This document shows positions 50,048 through 64,000 of a stretch of DNA of 64,000 nucleotides, in pieces. This DNA comes from Trichinella spiralis (lineage: Eukaryota), in contig NW_003526944.1 of the NCBI RefSeq assembly GCF_000181795.1, positions 4,744,479 to 4,808,478 of the forward strand, given 5' to 3'. Made by a program: the position numbers and the translations under genes. Positions within the stretch are counted from its first letter, which is position 1; every line of letters begins with the position of its first letter. The notes beneath the pieces were generated by a model, which saw only the letters and a program-made list of their open reading frames with translations, did no database searches and was not told the DNA's origin.

Positions 50048-51006
50048 TCAAATTGTTGAACGCTTCTTGTGCTTTTTGAAGTAGCCTATCCAATTATGGA
50101 ATAGCTTCACCGGCGGAGGACCGAGAGGAAACACGTCACGGTGGTAGATTTCAACGTAGACCAAGTTGAGCATGAAATACCAGCTGAGTATACCGCCCGC
50201 AATGAAGCAGACGCTGCTTGCCAAGCTGGTGCAGTATTCGACATGGGGTGGCACTGCTTCACCGAGGCAGAGGAAAACAAAAGCTCCAAAAAAGCTGCAA
50301 GTCAACGCGAAACTGGCAATGCTCATGGTCATGGTCGGTGCCAACCAGAAACCGTTGTACAAAGCGAACATGATATTCAATGGTAACATGTCCAAGGGTT
50401 TCACTTCGAAAAAATTCCCCAAATGGCAGAACGTGATCACGCCCAGTAACATCGAATACACTCCGAACATGCAGAATATTCCATATGAGAATGCATTGTT
50501 ACGTTTGTGCAATTGTACACCTGAGAAAGAGAAGAAGCATGAGCACTGTGTTTGTTTGTTCGCTAGCTAGCTTGTTTTGTAATATTTAATGTAAATTTAT
50601 TTCTGAAAAGTATCCGAAAATTAAACTACTAAATTACCGGCCAAAAATTGCAAAATGCCGCCGAAAAGAAACGTAACGCAGGCATTTAATCCAACACTTG
50701 TATGTCCGAAACGTTGGAACTGAGAGGTAAGGATTGCAAAGCCGAGACCACCGAAACCAATGATCGCCGGCTCAGTAGTGTCCAGCGATCGTGCTCGTCG
50801 TAGCTGACCAGAAAGATTCTCAATTTGCTAAATAAAAATAAAACAAAATTTTCATAAAAAATTTAAATAATTTTGAAATGAACAAAAAATACTCGCAAAA
50901 GATAGTCGTCTTTCTCTTTGAATTGCTTGTAAAGCGACGAATCGCTCACCATGCTTTCCGCATCGATCACAATGTGTTGCTTCTCTTTTTGTATACTATC
51001 ATCCAT
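50048..51006 (-). CDS. GPR1/FUN34/YaaH (AceTr/SatP) family acetate/succinate channel, three coding exons, 258 aa
   Basis: Exons 51006-50893, 50827-50638 and 50520-50048 (777 nt). TEPAIIGFGGLG resembles the family signature NPAxxGLxGFG; also FGGILQFLAGVQLHKRNNAFSYGIFCMFG, about six TM helices and C-terminal YHRDVFPLG. Confidence 0.85.
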
Positions 51007-51077
51007 TTTATTATTATCATTATTATTATTGCTATTTGACAATGTCTAAAAATATTAACTTTTATCTTTACATGTTA

Positions 51078-51157
51078 GTTGATCATATTTAAAGAAAAAA
51101 TTCTATTTTTGCAAAAATGTTGTTGATCATATTTAAAAAAAAATGCTATTTTTGCAA
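51078..51157. repeat. Two-copy tandem repeat (44-bp period) inside a probable 5'UTR intron (51164-51046) of the SatP-like gene
   Basis: GTTGATCATATTTAAA...CTATTTTTGCAA occurs twice; minus-strand GTAAGTAT donor at 51164 and TTTTAG acceptor at 51046. Confidence 0.7.
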
Positions 51158-53262
51158 TACTTACTTTCCCAAAATAAACAACTGACATAGTATACGCGAA
51201 AAAGTTATCTCAAAAAATGTAGGATCGTTTTCTGTTCTACAGCACGTAAAATAATAAAATTTGCATGATAACTACGAACTTTTGTACCAAAATTCTGACA
51301 TCAAGCCAAAGAACTTTTATTGATGCGAATCACAATCACATATATGAATAGCTTGATTGGAATTTTCAACTATTGTCTTGCTGTTTTACATAATTTCAGA
51401 AATTCAAGTATCAAGTTTCAATAACACGCAATGCATATTTTATCTATTCCGACGATAACGTTGGCAATTCGCAATAGGAAAGTTTGTTCAGCATTAAATA
51501 TTCAGTAAAAAAAGCAATTCATGCTTAGTAAAGCGTTGCCCGTATATGTGAACTACAATAGGTCAGTTTGCGTCAAACATTACATAAATTGACGCAAATT
51601 GTACTTGCATTCATCAGTGTTCTTTTACTTTAATAAATCAAAAACAAATGCACATAAAAATGATATTTTTAACTGATTTTATTATTTGTAACTTTATGTA
51701 AAGTTTATCAGTACAGTAAAGAAAAAAATCAAATAACATTAATCGTTTTTCGACAAAAATAAGTTTCATTCACAAAGTTAAATTTTCTAAAATCACTACT
51801 TATCTATCACTTTGTTTAAAAACAACTAATGATAGTCAAGTTATACATACATATCAGTAATACATTATCAAACAGTACAAGAAAATTTGTTTTAAATCAC
51901 TAATAATTTTCACATTTGTCGAATAATCACTGCTGTTATCAAAAAAAGAATGCAAATTGCAAATTTCGAAACAAGAAAATCCCCCGTTAAGAAATTTAAT
52001 AAATTTCGAAATAAGCAGCAATACATTAAATCAAATAATTACGAAATCTGATGAAAATGGAAAACCTCATAATACTGAATTAACTTTAACAGACTGTGAT
52101 TAATAACTATTTTGATTTTAAAAAATTCCTAAAACCGTAAATTTAAATTCATGTCCAAATTTTCATACTGTAGAGTTTGAACCTACACTTGCACAGAAGA
52201 GTTAAAAACAAAAGAGAAAACAAATTTTCTAAATATATAAAATGAAGTGTTATACTCTGAAAAAGTCAGACGTCATGAAAGTTTATATAAGTAATGATAA
52301 GCCATTTTGCTCGATATTTCTGACCTTTTCCATACTTATGCGCATTAGAAAACTTTTCTGTTTTAGTTACGCCAATAATTACTCCCACCATATTACGTAT
52401 CTTTCATCGAAGTAAAAATTGAATAAATATATGTGAATTAACTAAAGCGTCGCATTTGTAAATCATGCAATTTTCACTGAAAAACATAATTTATCTCGTA
52501 CACGTATAGGCAAAAATACTTGGAACAAAAAATCGATTTAGATGAACATATATCAATTTCTTTCCTCTTTGAACAACCTGCAAATCAAAAACATACTCTA
52601 CAAGCAGCATAACTCCTAAACTGTCATATCAATATTATAACTAACCATCTTGTAAAACTTTCTTGTGAATATGTAAATTAATTCCTGTCTCTTATTTCAC
52701 TTTTTTCACTCATAATTAACTAACTCTTTCCATTTACTGCTTGAAAGGCTTTCACTCGATTATCATATTTTTCAAAGTTACGTGGCAAAATTGCCAAACT
52801 GTTTCAAATTTTGCGTCACTTATTCACGCTTACAAACACAACGCTTACTAACACAACAACAAATTTGACGAACGACAGGGATAACGATGCAAAAATGATG
52901 CTAACGATCAAGCTTTACTTCTCAAACTAACCGGAGTACAGTGAAACATACTAAATTCTTTATCATTCACACGAACATACATCGAAACCACGCACAAAAG
53001 CATACAAAAACATACACAAAGACACACGTTTTCACACTCGGAAAGCATAACATTCACACACGTATTTGAAACAGAAATTCACCATCGTAGCTACCAGAAG
53101 ATTAAAATGGACTAAACTACTGAAGAAAAAAGAGTAAATGGGAATGATTACAACACTGTTTGATAGATACTCCGTAGGATAATAAGTGTATTGTAAATGA
53201 GAAGTAAACCAACCATCCCATTGATGAAATGAAATGATGCTGCTTTTAAGCGTTACGCCGCT

Positions 53263-55035
<1,773 letters not shown>

Positions 55036-58000
55036 TTATGAGAGATTAACACTCACAGTAATCCAGAGAAAAATAAGCTACTGTAAATTTACCTGCGCGT
55101 CAATATTAATTTTCATTGTTTTGATTAAAATTTTCAAATAACTCATCAAAACTGAAGTATTTAAAATTTAAAATTAATTTTTACTCATTGTAATGAAAAA
55201 TATTTATTTTTCGTGGTTCGACTTGTGCTGCATAAGTTCTTAACTACTCGTGACAAAACATTTACTAAATAATTTGACAAAATAATGCGAAAATAAATAG
55301 TTTTTAATTTTTTATAAGTTAAATTTACAGTTTAAAAAGTTTTCTTTATTTATTTATGTAAAATTCGATTTTTTACAACGTACAGTTTAACAGTTATATA
55401 AGCGTCAGCCGAAATTTCATGCTTTATCCGTGTATTTGATCAGTGATGCAGGTCATTTCATGAGAGAATTTTTTTGTTAATTAAAAATCAAGTAATAATA
55501 TTTTCACAACCATTCAGATGAATTTTCATGTAATTGTAATTATTATTGGCGATTGTTTTGTTAACCCCGTGATAGAATGCCAATATGAAGAATATACATC
55601 CTAATCAAAACTAACCGTTTCCGTCTGCTGAAGTGAAAAACGTTGGCAACATATTTAGGAATTTAGATATTTAAATTTATACAAATACAAATTGCAATTT
55701 CACAACGCAAATCGTAATTTCCATGAGCTAGCATAACTGTCTACTGTTTTATTATCTTTGAGCTGATGCAATTGACTAGTAAGGAATTTGAAAATTGTTA
55801 AATATTTCATGTGAAATTATCTGCCAAATTTGTAAAACGAAGTATGCAGTCAAATTGTCAACATATAATCGAAAATATTAATTAGTTAACTGGGCCATTT
55901 ATCGCGCAATAACACTGACGTAAGTGACGAAATTGTCGAAAAATATTATCAATGCAATGAAGGGTTACATTATTTGAAGATAGTTTTTAATTTTTCTCTT
56001 CTGATAAACTTTTACTTTCTGCAAGTGTGTTCAGAAAAAAAGTAATTTTTTAATCACATTGCAACAGATGCAACAAATATGAAGCACCTTTTGGCTCTTT
56101 TTTTAATAGATGAAAATTCTAGGAAATTGATCGCTTCAAAAAACGTGTCAAATGCGCGTATGCTCGATTAAATTAAGTGCTTTGCTTTGAATCTTCACTT
56201 GAACACTGCTCACATGACTAAGATAATTTCTACACTGCTTTTTGATCTCATTTGCACTAGCGAAATAATCAATCAAAAGAAACAATATAATATTTAAAAT
56301 AAAAGAAAATCAAGTTAAAAAAGTATACCAAAAAACAGATACTGTATACATGGTCAAGACTTACTTTTGTCGGTTGAGTCATTTTTGATGTTCTTTTTTA
56401 TTCCAACAATTAGTAGTAGTCGATGAAGAAGAAAATTCGTTGTACTTGTTGAAGGTTGTCAGAAAACTGGAGTAAAGTGTTTATTCAAATTCACAACTTC
56501 TTCAATATTTACAATCTGAAATAATTGATGAATGATGAATAACTGGAAACAGATGAATTTTACGATTGACGTTTTGTTTTCTCCATCTACTCATGAAATT
56601 ATGTGCGATATTCATCGTAATAAAATATCGTTTTGAATATTTTTATTCTCAACATTATATATGATTCAAATTTATTGTATATTTATGAAAATTTAATATT
56701 GAAATAAGATAAGGGAATTGAATGAAATTGAGGGAAAATGCAAATTTCTACAACTGTGAATGATTTTCAATTGAATAAACGACAAAATTGAATACTTACA
56801 TTTATTTGCTTTTTTTATTGAAGCTTTTTTATGTTGACAAATATGAAAGTAAAAATGATAATTGTGCAAAAAATTGAAAATAATAAACAGAGAACAAATG
56901 CAACCGGCCAGCTGATTAGTTTGAAATGGTTGGTCAGTTTGAACAAAGAGAAATGATTGAAATGTCGATTTCATTTAAATATACCTTTTTGATATGTTGT
57001 CATTTTTGCGTGTTGTCACCGTTGCGTATAGAAATAGAACAGGAAGCATCAATCAAGACGCATTTTTATTTTGCATGTTTTCAATATCGATGATGAATAC
57101 TTCATCAAATGAAAAAAATATATGTATGTAAATTTCCTACCTAATGAGCTAGTTTTTAATTAAAACTTTTTTTGAAGAAAAAGCTATTCAAATTAAAAAA
57201 ATTATGTTTTGTTTATCGATTAGGCATTTTTTGATGAATCTATTTAATCAAATTTTTTTAATTAATAGCACTATTCACTAAGTTGAATTATGAGTAGAAA
57301 AAAAGCAGTAAATATTCAAATATGCATTTTCAAAAAGTAATTTTTGTCAAATTTAAATTACTGTAATTGACAACAATAATAACAATAATTAATGACTTCA
57401 AAGTGAACATTTTGAATTTGAACAATAACTAAAAACGCTTACATGCAATATTTAATTTCAAAAAAAAGTTGGAATAAATATATTTTAATTTAAAAAAAGA
57501 ATATGCTCCAATTGTTATATATTCTCAATTATTCGGTATTTTTGCAACAGCATACATCACCAGCAAAAAGTGCAGCAAAGAAAGAAATAAAAAACAAATT
57601 TTATAACCTTCATACAAAAGTATCAATTGTAACTTGAAGATGAGAATCTAGAATTATTTAAAAAAAAACGAATTAAAATTTCCATTATTATCCCGTTTGT
57701 ATAGTTGTTGGAAAGTTCAATTTTGAACATTCAACATACGACAACGTTAGATTAGCGTAGTGGTAACAATTTTCAAGATAGTGTGATTAAATTTAGTCGA
57801 AAACAGCAACTCTAAAAAGCAAAAAAGCATAATTTATTTGCGCTTTTGTGGAACATGGCAACATTTTGCAATACGTACACTTCTTATTTATGCAGTGAAT
57901 TGCAACATGCATGAAGCATGATTGTTCATTTGGGAAAAATATTTTAGCTGGCAGCATCGATCAGTTGGAACAAAGTTTGCAAGTTGAGAGGTCAAACTTT

Positions 58001-58525
58001 GAAACATATAAAATTCTTACATTATTTTAATTGTCAACAACGTGAAGCATGAAAAGCAACAGTAAAAATTTTTTTACAAACTACTGCACAAGCGTGTGCA
58101 ACGCTGTGGGTTGTTCAACGTTGCCAATGTTACCTCCATCTATTCATCTATCCTTTGGATCTTGTTCATTTGTATTTGATAAATAAATATGACAGCTTTA
58201 ATAATAACATTAAAAAAACAGTTTAACAAACCGTAGTGCAACAAAGATGCAGTTAAAAATAAGAAAATATTCAAACAACATTCTTTTTTTGGTGGGGATT
58301 CGTCGTTTTTGAACAATGCATTCATCTATCTGTTCATTCATTTGCACATAAAAGTCAAAACATAAAATTCAATCCATTCATCTGAGCAAAGCATAAAAAA
58401 CAGATAAACAAAATATTAAACTACATTTACAAGAGGCACTTCTTGATACACATGATAAAATTGCACGGGGATGAGAAGTGGTAGATGAAGGTAGAACTTG
58501 TCGAAGAAAAGTATTTTATTGCTTT

Positions 58526-61500
58526 TCATATCAGTCGCTCTTCGGGAGGTGGCTTGATCATACGGTGCAATGTGAGCCGGGCGTTGTCGCTCTCCTGCCT
58601 AGATGGACTGTATGTGCCTCGAGTGGCATTTTTCTTCTTCGCAACAATAACCAACAGTGTGAAACCAAGCAAGACGAGAATCAAAATGAAACCCACCACC
58701 GGACCAACTACAAATTCAACCCATCCGTCAGTTTGACTGGGAATCGCTTCAACTTCAGATTTCGCTTCTTGCATCTAAACATGCAAACAATAAACAATTT
58801 ATTGCAATAAAATAAAATAAAATAAAATAAATACCTTGATTTCGCAAAATTGACCAGTGTACGGTCCCACGCAATCGCAACGGTGCAGAACAATACCCCT
58901 CTGATAATCCACGTACGGTTCTTTGCAAATACCACCATTTTGACAATAATGTGTGTCGTTACTGTCACAAGGATTTACATTTTCGCAACGATCTCCACTG
59001 TCACCTTGATAAGTAGAAATTTTTTAATGATTTACAAAAGAAAAACATTTGTCATTTCAAATAATACCTTTCAAACAAGAGCACTTGAAACTGCCGGGAA
59101 GGTTGGTACAATTGCCACCGTTGCAGAAATCCGGCGTCTCGCATTCATTGACATCAAGTTCACAGAAAAGACCCTCGTATCCGGTACCTGTACAATCGCA
59201 GCTGAATCCATTGATCTGATCATAGCATTTGCCGTTGTTTTTGCACGGTCGATTTATACAATCGTCAATATTCTCTTCACACTGCTCACCTATAGGAAAA
59301 TGAAGGTGATGAAGAAAAAATAATAACCATGTACAACATAGACCACGAAAAAACCTCTGAATCCTGGAAAGCAGGTACAGTTGTATCCACCGACGAACGA
59401 ATGACAAACACCGCCTACGTTGTGACAAGGGTTGGAATCGCAAAAGTCGATCATTTCTTCGCACTGATCGCCTGAATAGCCATCATAACAACGACAAACG
59501 TGACGATCCGGGCCGAGCTGGGTACAGTTGCCATGTTTGCAAGGGGATGATACGCACGTGCCGGCAATTTCACACAGCAGACCTTCACCAACGCAAGAAT
59601 TAATTAATTAATTAATTAATTGACTGATCAATTAAAACAATGAATAAAAAAGTTGGCAAAAATTATGGACATTCTTATCTTACCACTGACGTACGGTGGA
59701 CATTGACAGTAGAAACTGCCCGGCATGTTGATACACTGAGCCCCATTTTGACACAAATCATGATCATTACTACATTCGTCAACGTCAATCTCACATGTCG
59801 CTCCAATCCAGCCTGGTGCACATGTGCAGGTAAAATTGTTCATCAAATCTGAACATGTTCCACCGTTCTGACACGGTGAGCTAGCACATTCGTCGATTTC
59901 GTGTTCACAATGTTTACCTTAAAAATGAATTCATATTTCGAAATAATTTCAATTTAAAAAACAAAATAATTCCATCTAACCAGTGTAGCCGTTTTGGCAG
60001 TTGCAAATGTAGGTGTCGCGGTCGACCGAAGTTTTGCATGTTCCGTTGTTGAGACAATTCACCGTTGCACAATAGTCGATCTCCAGTTCGCATCGTTCTC
60101 CGGTGTATCCAGCCCCGCAATGACAAACAAATGGTTTCTAAATTGCAAAAAACAAACGCAAACAATGGATCAAGTGAAAAAATTTATCGAGCAAAAGTTA
60201 TCATATACCGCATTCCAGACCAGTGAAACATCTTCACATTGAGCTCCGTTTTCACAAGGACCACTTGAACAGTTGAAATAGTGCTAAAGGAACAAAAGAG
60301 AAGAATATTCTTCAAATTCGACGAAAAATTAAAAAATGTACAAAATGTACTTCTCACCCGTTGTTCACAAGTTGGACCGGTAAAATTAGTCGTACATAAA
60401 CAGTGGAATGTGTTTTCACCATCCACACACGTACCACCGTTCATGCAAGGATGAAAGGCACAGTCGTCGACATCTATTTCACAACTACAACAACATCTTT
60501 CACTGTCAATCATTGTTTATTGAAATTTAAAATTAAAATTCACTTACAATTTACCAGTCCAACCGGGCAGACAATCACAGGCAAAATCACCGATCAAATT
60601 ACGACACGTTGAACCATGCTTGCACCATCCGTACTCACATTCATCGACGTCATTCTGAAAAACAGATGAATAGTGGTGAAATCAAAATCCAAATCAAAAG
60701 GGTTCACAAAAAATATACCTCGCATTTCAAGCCTGAAAATCCCGGAGGACAAGTGCAAGTGGCCAAATTCCACTCGTCCGAGCAGGTTCCACCGTTTTCG
60801 CAAATGTCCGTCAAACCACACTGAACACTCGATCGGCAGCCTTGTATCAAGTGATCAGAGCTGATTTTGCGAAAAACTCCCTGAAAACCATGTGAAGAAC
60901 CACGGTCGTCGTCGAAAAATGGAACATAAGCATCAGTTCCAAACGTGATCGCCCGCAAGCAGCCGACAAACGATTCGTCAGTGCCCACTTGCTGTGGCGA
61001 CCGTTCGGCACTGCGGTTCTGATCCATGACCGAGCCGAAATGCCAGACCGTCTCCGCGGGAAGTGGAACCGCCGATCCGGCGATCATCATCACGTCCTGG
61101 TCAAGTTCCATCGTCAAATTCGGCCACAGTCCAACGCGAACGTGGTGCCATTGGGCGTCGGCGATCGGTCTCAAACTGTCCAACAAGATCGGCTTCTCAC
61201 CCGCCACCAGTCGACTGACCAACACTCGACCATCTTTGAGGAATATTTGCATCTCGTTCGTGGGGGCAGTGCCTCGAATCGACACCACTGGACCGTGCTT
61301 GGTACGGGTTCTGATGGAAAAGCTAACGTAGTCGGCGTCTTGCGCGTTCAACGCTTGAAACAGAGCCCGGCTCTGTTCACTGAACGTGATCGAGTTCAAG
61401 CAGACGTGCTCATAGGTGTGGGGCTTCACAAGACACTGCCAGTCGACCGGGCAAGGCTCGCCGAGGCAAGGATGCGCAATTGAACAATTTTTCCCAACCC

Positions 61501-64000
61501 AATCCGGCTTGCACTGGCATTTGTAGTCGTTGAACGTCACCGTACAGTGGGCCCCGTTGGCGCAGGGTCTCGACGCGCACAGATCATCGCTCTGCGTACC
61601 CAGAAGCAGACTGTGTCTGCTGACGCGACCGTTCACTTTGCCCAGCATGCTGGGCACAACATCCGCAACAGGCGCCAGTTCGACAATGTCGTCATTGATT
61701 CGCACATCTTGAATAGTACCTTTGAACGATGTGAACGTGCTGAACGGTTCCACCGCAGCGGAAGGATCCATGATCGTGCGATTTGTGACCAAAATCGGAT
61801 GTGTACCAATGATAAGCTGCTCTGGTGACAGAGGATTCGCTGTTTGGCCATTGTCGAACCAATTGACCAATGCAGGTTGAGAATCGACAAAAAATTTCAA
61901 CACATACGGTCGATATTTGATTTCGATCAAATGGACACGCCCGTCGTTCAAGCGATTCGCACTGGTGATAATGGTAGGAGATGTCGAATTCCAAGAAGAG
62001 ACCAACACCGGGTATCCGTCCTTCAATTCCAGACCAATGAAACAACAACCAGCTTGGTGTTCATCAAATTTGAAGTTCTGGTCGTCTATCGCCGTTCCGA
62101 TGTAGCAGATGACGCCGTTCAAAGCTGTGCTTCGGATCAACATTGACAAATCCAAACGATCGTGCAGCCCAATGGAATAAGCGCGAGCAATGTCGACCAT
62201 CGCGAAGCTGTTGTTGCGTCCGAAGCCGAAAGTAACTTCGGGTAAAGATTTTTCACAGTTGGGCATCAAGTAGGGCCGGTCGCAAACACACCGACCCTGG
62301 TTCCAAACGTCGACGCAGTGACTTCGCGCCGGGCATTGGGTTTCATCGCACGGTTCGTGGTTCTGCCGCCGAGGGCAGGTCCAACCGACGTTGACCGCAC
62401 TGGCGCCCATCTTCTCCGGTACTAGGAGCTTGCCGTTGACGATCACATCCCGCATGCAGCCGACAAAATTTCCCACGTCAGGATAGTAGGGATGCTGTTT
62501 TTCCAACGGCGTGCCGCCGAACTTTGTGCTCGCCACTGCGCTGGCCAGCAGTCCACCCTCGGACGGCAGGCGCTTCAAATGCACATCACCAGTGGTCGAG
62601 CGTTCCAAGCGCAGCTGCATCGAATTTGCATGCCAGTTAAGCGAGAGTCGATTCCACGAACCGTCGTTGACTTTTTGCTCAATTCGGAGCCGCTTGCCGG
62701 ACCAGAGTGCTTGAATTTGTCCATCCAAGAGCAAGACTTGAAAAATGTTCGAATTGAACAAATCGTCGCCGAAAACGAGAAAACCGCTTTCCAAGGTGGT
62801 TCTGAATTCCAATTCGAGCTGATAAGTTGCCGTTTCTGTGTGATTGTTGCTGGTGATGTCGACCATCATCGACTGACCAGAAAAAGACGCCACTGTCGAC
62901 TGGGAGCAGCTCGGCATGGAGGTGTATCCGGGCGCGCATTCACATTGGGCTCGCTGTTTCTCAGCTCGACTGTCCCAAGTGACCGTGCAAATTTGACGAT
63001 CCCCACAACGGTAATCGTCACAGGCGTTCAGTCGGATTGAGCAGTTCTTAGCCGCATATCCGGGCTTGCATTCACAGTGGTAGTTGCCGTGTTGATTCAC
63101 ACAATCGACGCTGAACTGCACGGGACAGTAGTCGTCTCGGTGGTCGCACTCGTCCAAATCTTGCTCACAAAGCAAGCCCTGGAACCCCGGCCCGCAGACA
63201 CAACTTTGGGTCGATTCGTCGCAGAGACCGTCGTTCTGGCAGGGGTTGTAGAAGCAAAAGTTTGAAGTTGGCTTTAGGCGAATGGCAAGTTTGGGAGCGA
63301 AAAATTCACAAAAACTTCCATAATAGTCAGGCAAGCATTTGCAGCCGACGCCAACCGCATTTCCGGGCATTTTTATGCAAGTGCCGTTGTTCAAGCACGG
63401 TATGTTGTTGCAGGACAGTTCAATTTCGCACCACTTGCCTCCGTATCCTTTTGGACAAGCGCAACGACTGCCTTTGTCCGCTTCAACTTTGCAAACGCCT
63501 CCGTTGAAACATTTGCCACTGTTGCTGCAAGAAGTTTTCTCCGGATCATCGGCCAGTGGTGATGATGTAGATTTTTTGCCAAACGCTGCTGCTGAGTCGA
63601 TTTCGCAAAATTTTCCCGCATACCGATCTGAACAAACACAACGAAAACCCTCCTCTTGTTCAATGCACAGGCCATCGTTTTGACAAGTTCCATTTTGGCA
63701 ATAATGCTGAATCTTTTCCACGCAATTGTGGCCGGTCCATCCTGGCTCGCAGTTGCACGTGTACGATCCGTGAGTGTTTGTACAATTTCCTCGGCCGCAA
63801 GGTCTACAACACGGTTAAAAGTAAATTATCAAAACAAACCAACTAGTACTACTGTACTCCAGTGTACCTGATTGTCAAACATTCGTTAACGTCAAATTGG
63901 CAAAACGGACCGTCAAATTGTGCTAGACAACGGCAACTGGATACTGGATTTCCCTTGACGCAGGTTCCGCCGTTCATGCACAAATCTATCGAACAATCAG
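58526..64000 (-). CDS. crb-1: Crumbs apical polarity protein; 5' part lies beyond the window
   Basis: Many EGF repeats and three laminin-G domains, a TM helix, and the cytoplasmic tail [16 protein letters not shown]...KPPPEERLI* (FERM-binding GTY and PDZ-binding ERLI motifs). Confidence 0.97.

Noticed and set aside
55090..56975. Minus-strand splice donors near 55092, 56364 and 56799 with a short exon-like stretch
   Set aside because: All frames close quickly; may be AMPK 5'UTR exons but cannot be supported without transcripts
60989..63693. Several plus-strand ORFs of 100-180 aa
   Set aside because: Antisense shadows of the large crumbs exon

Overview
Eukaryotic, AT-rich, gene-dense DNA with short GT-AG introns and TTTTCAG-type acceptors. 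It reads as a nematode draft genome, most likely a clade I parasite such as Trichinella (inferred from composition and protein similarity, not proven), with two N gaps. Genes in order: 5' exons of a filamin-like gene (-), a complete 17-exon type IV collagen alpha-1/emb-9 (+), an F-box protein (-), PP1 inhibitor-3 (-), Ars2/Serrate (-), about 8 kb of LTR-retrotransposon debris and local duplications, a neuropeptide-type GPCR (+), a FERM-only protein (+), TRAP-alpha (-), SLIRP-like RRM (+), Pax1/9 (+), SNX5/6 (-), mRpL48 (-), serine palmitoyltransferase LCB2 (+), a GPR1/FUN34/YaaH (SatP) carboxylate channel (-), AMPK alpha (-) and the 3' part of crumbs (-). The most notable items are: (1) a bacterial-looking acetate/succinate channel gene that carries spliceosomal introns, a candidate domesticated horizontal transfer; (2) an inhibitor-3/F-box pair only 49 nt apart, which could be dicistronic, an operon or share a first exon; (3) a duplicated 28-nt GC-rich hairpin plus a candidate poison micro-exon in the long Ars2 intron; (4) two GC-AG introns with the same AG|GCAATT donor; (5) a one-LTR gag-only retroelement that still has a target-site duplication. 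All exon models were read by eye and no searches were run.
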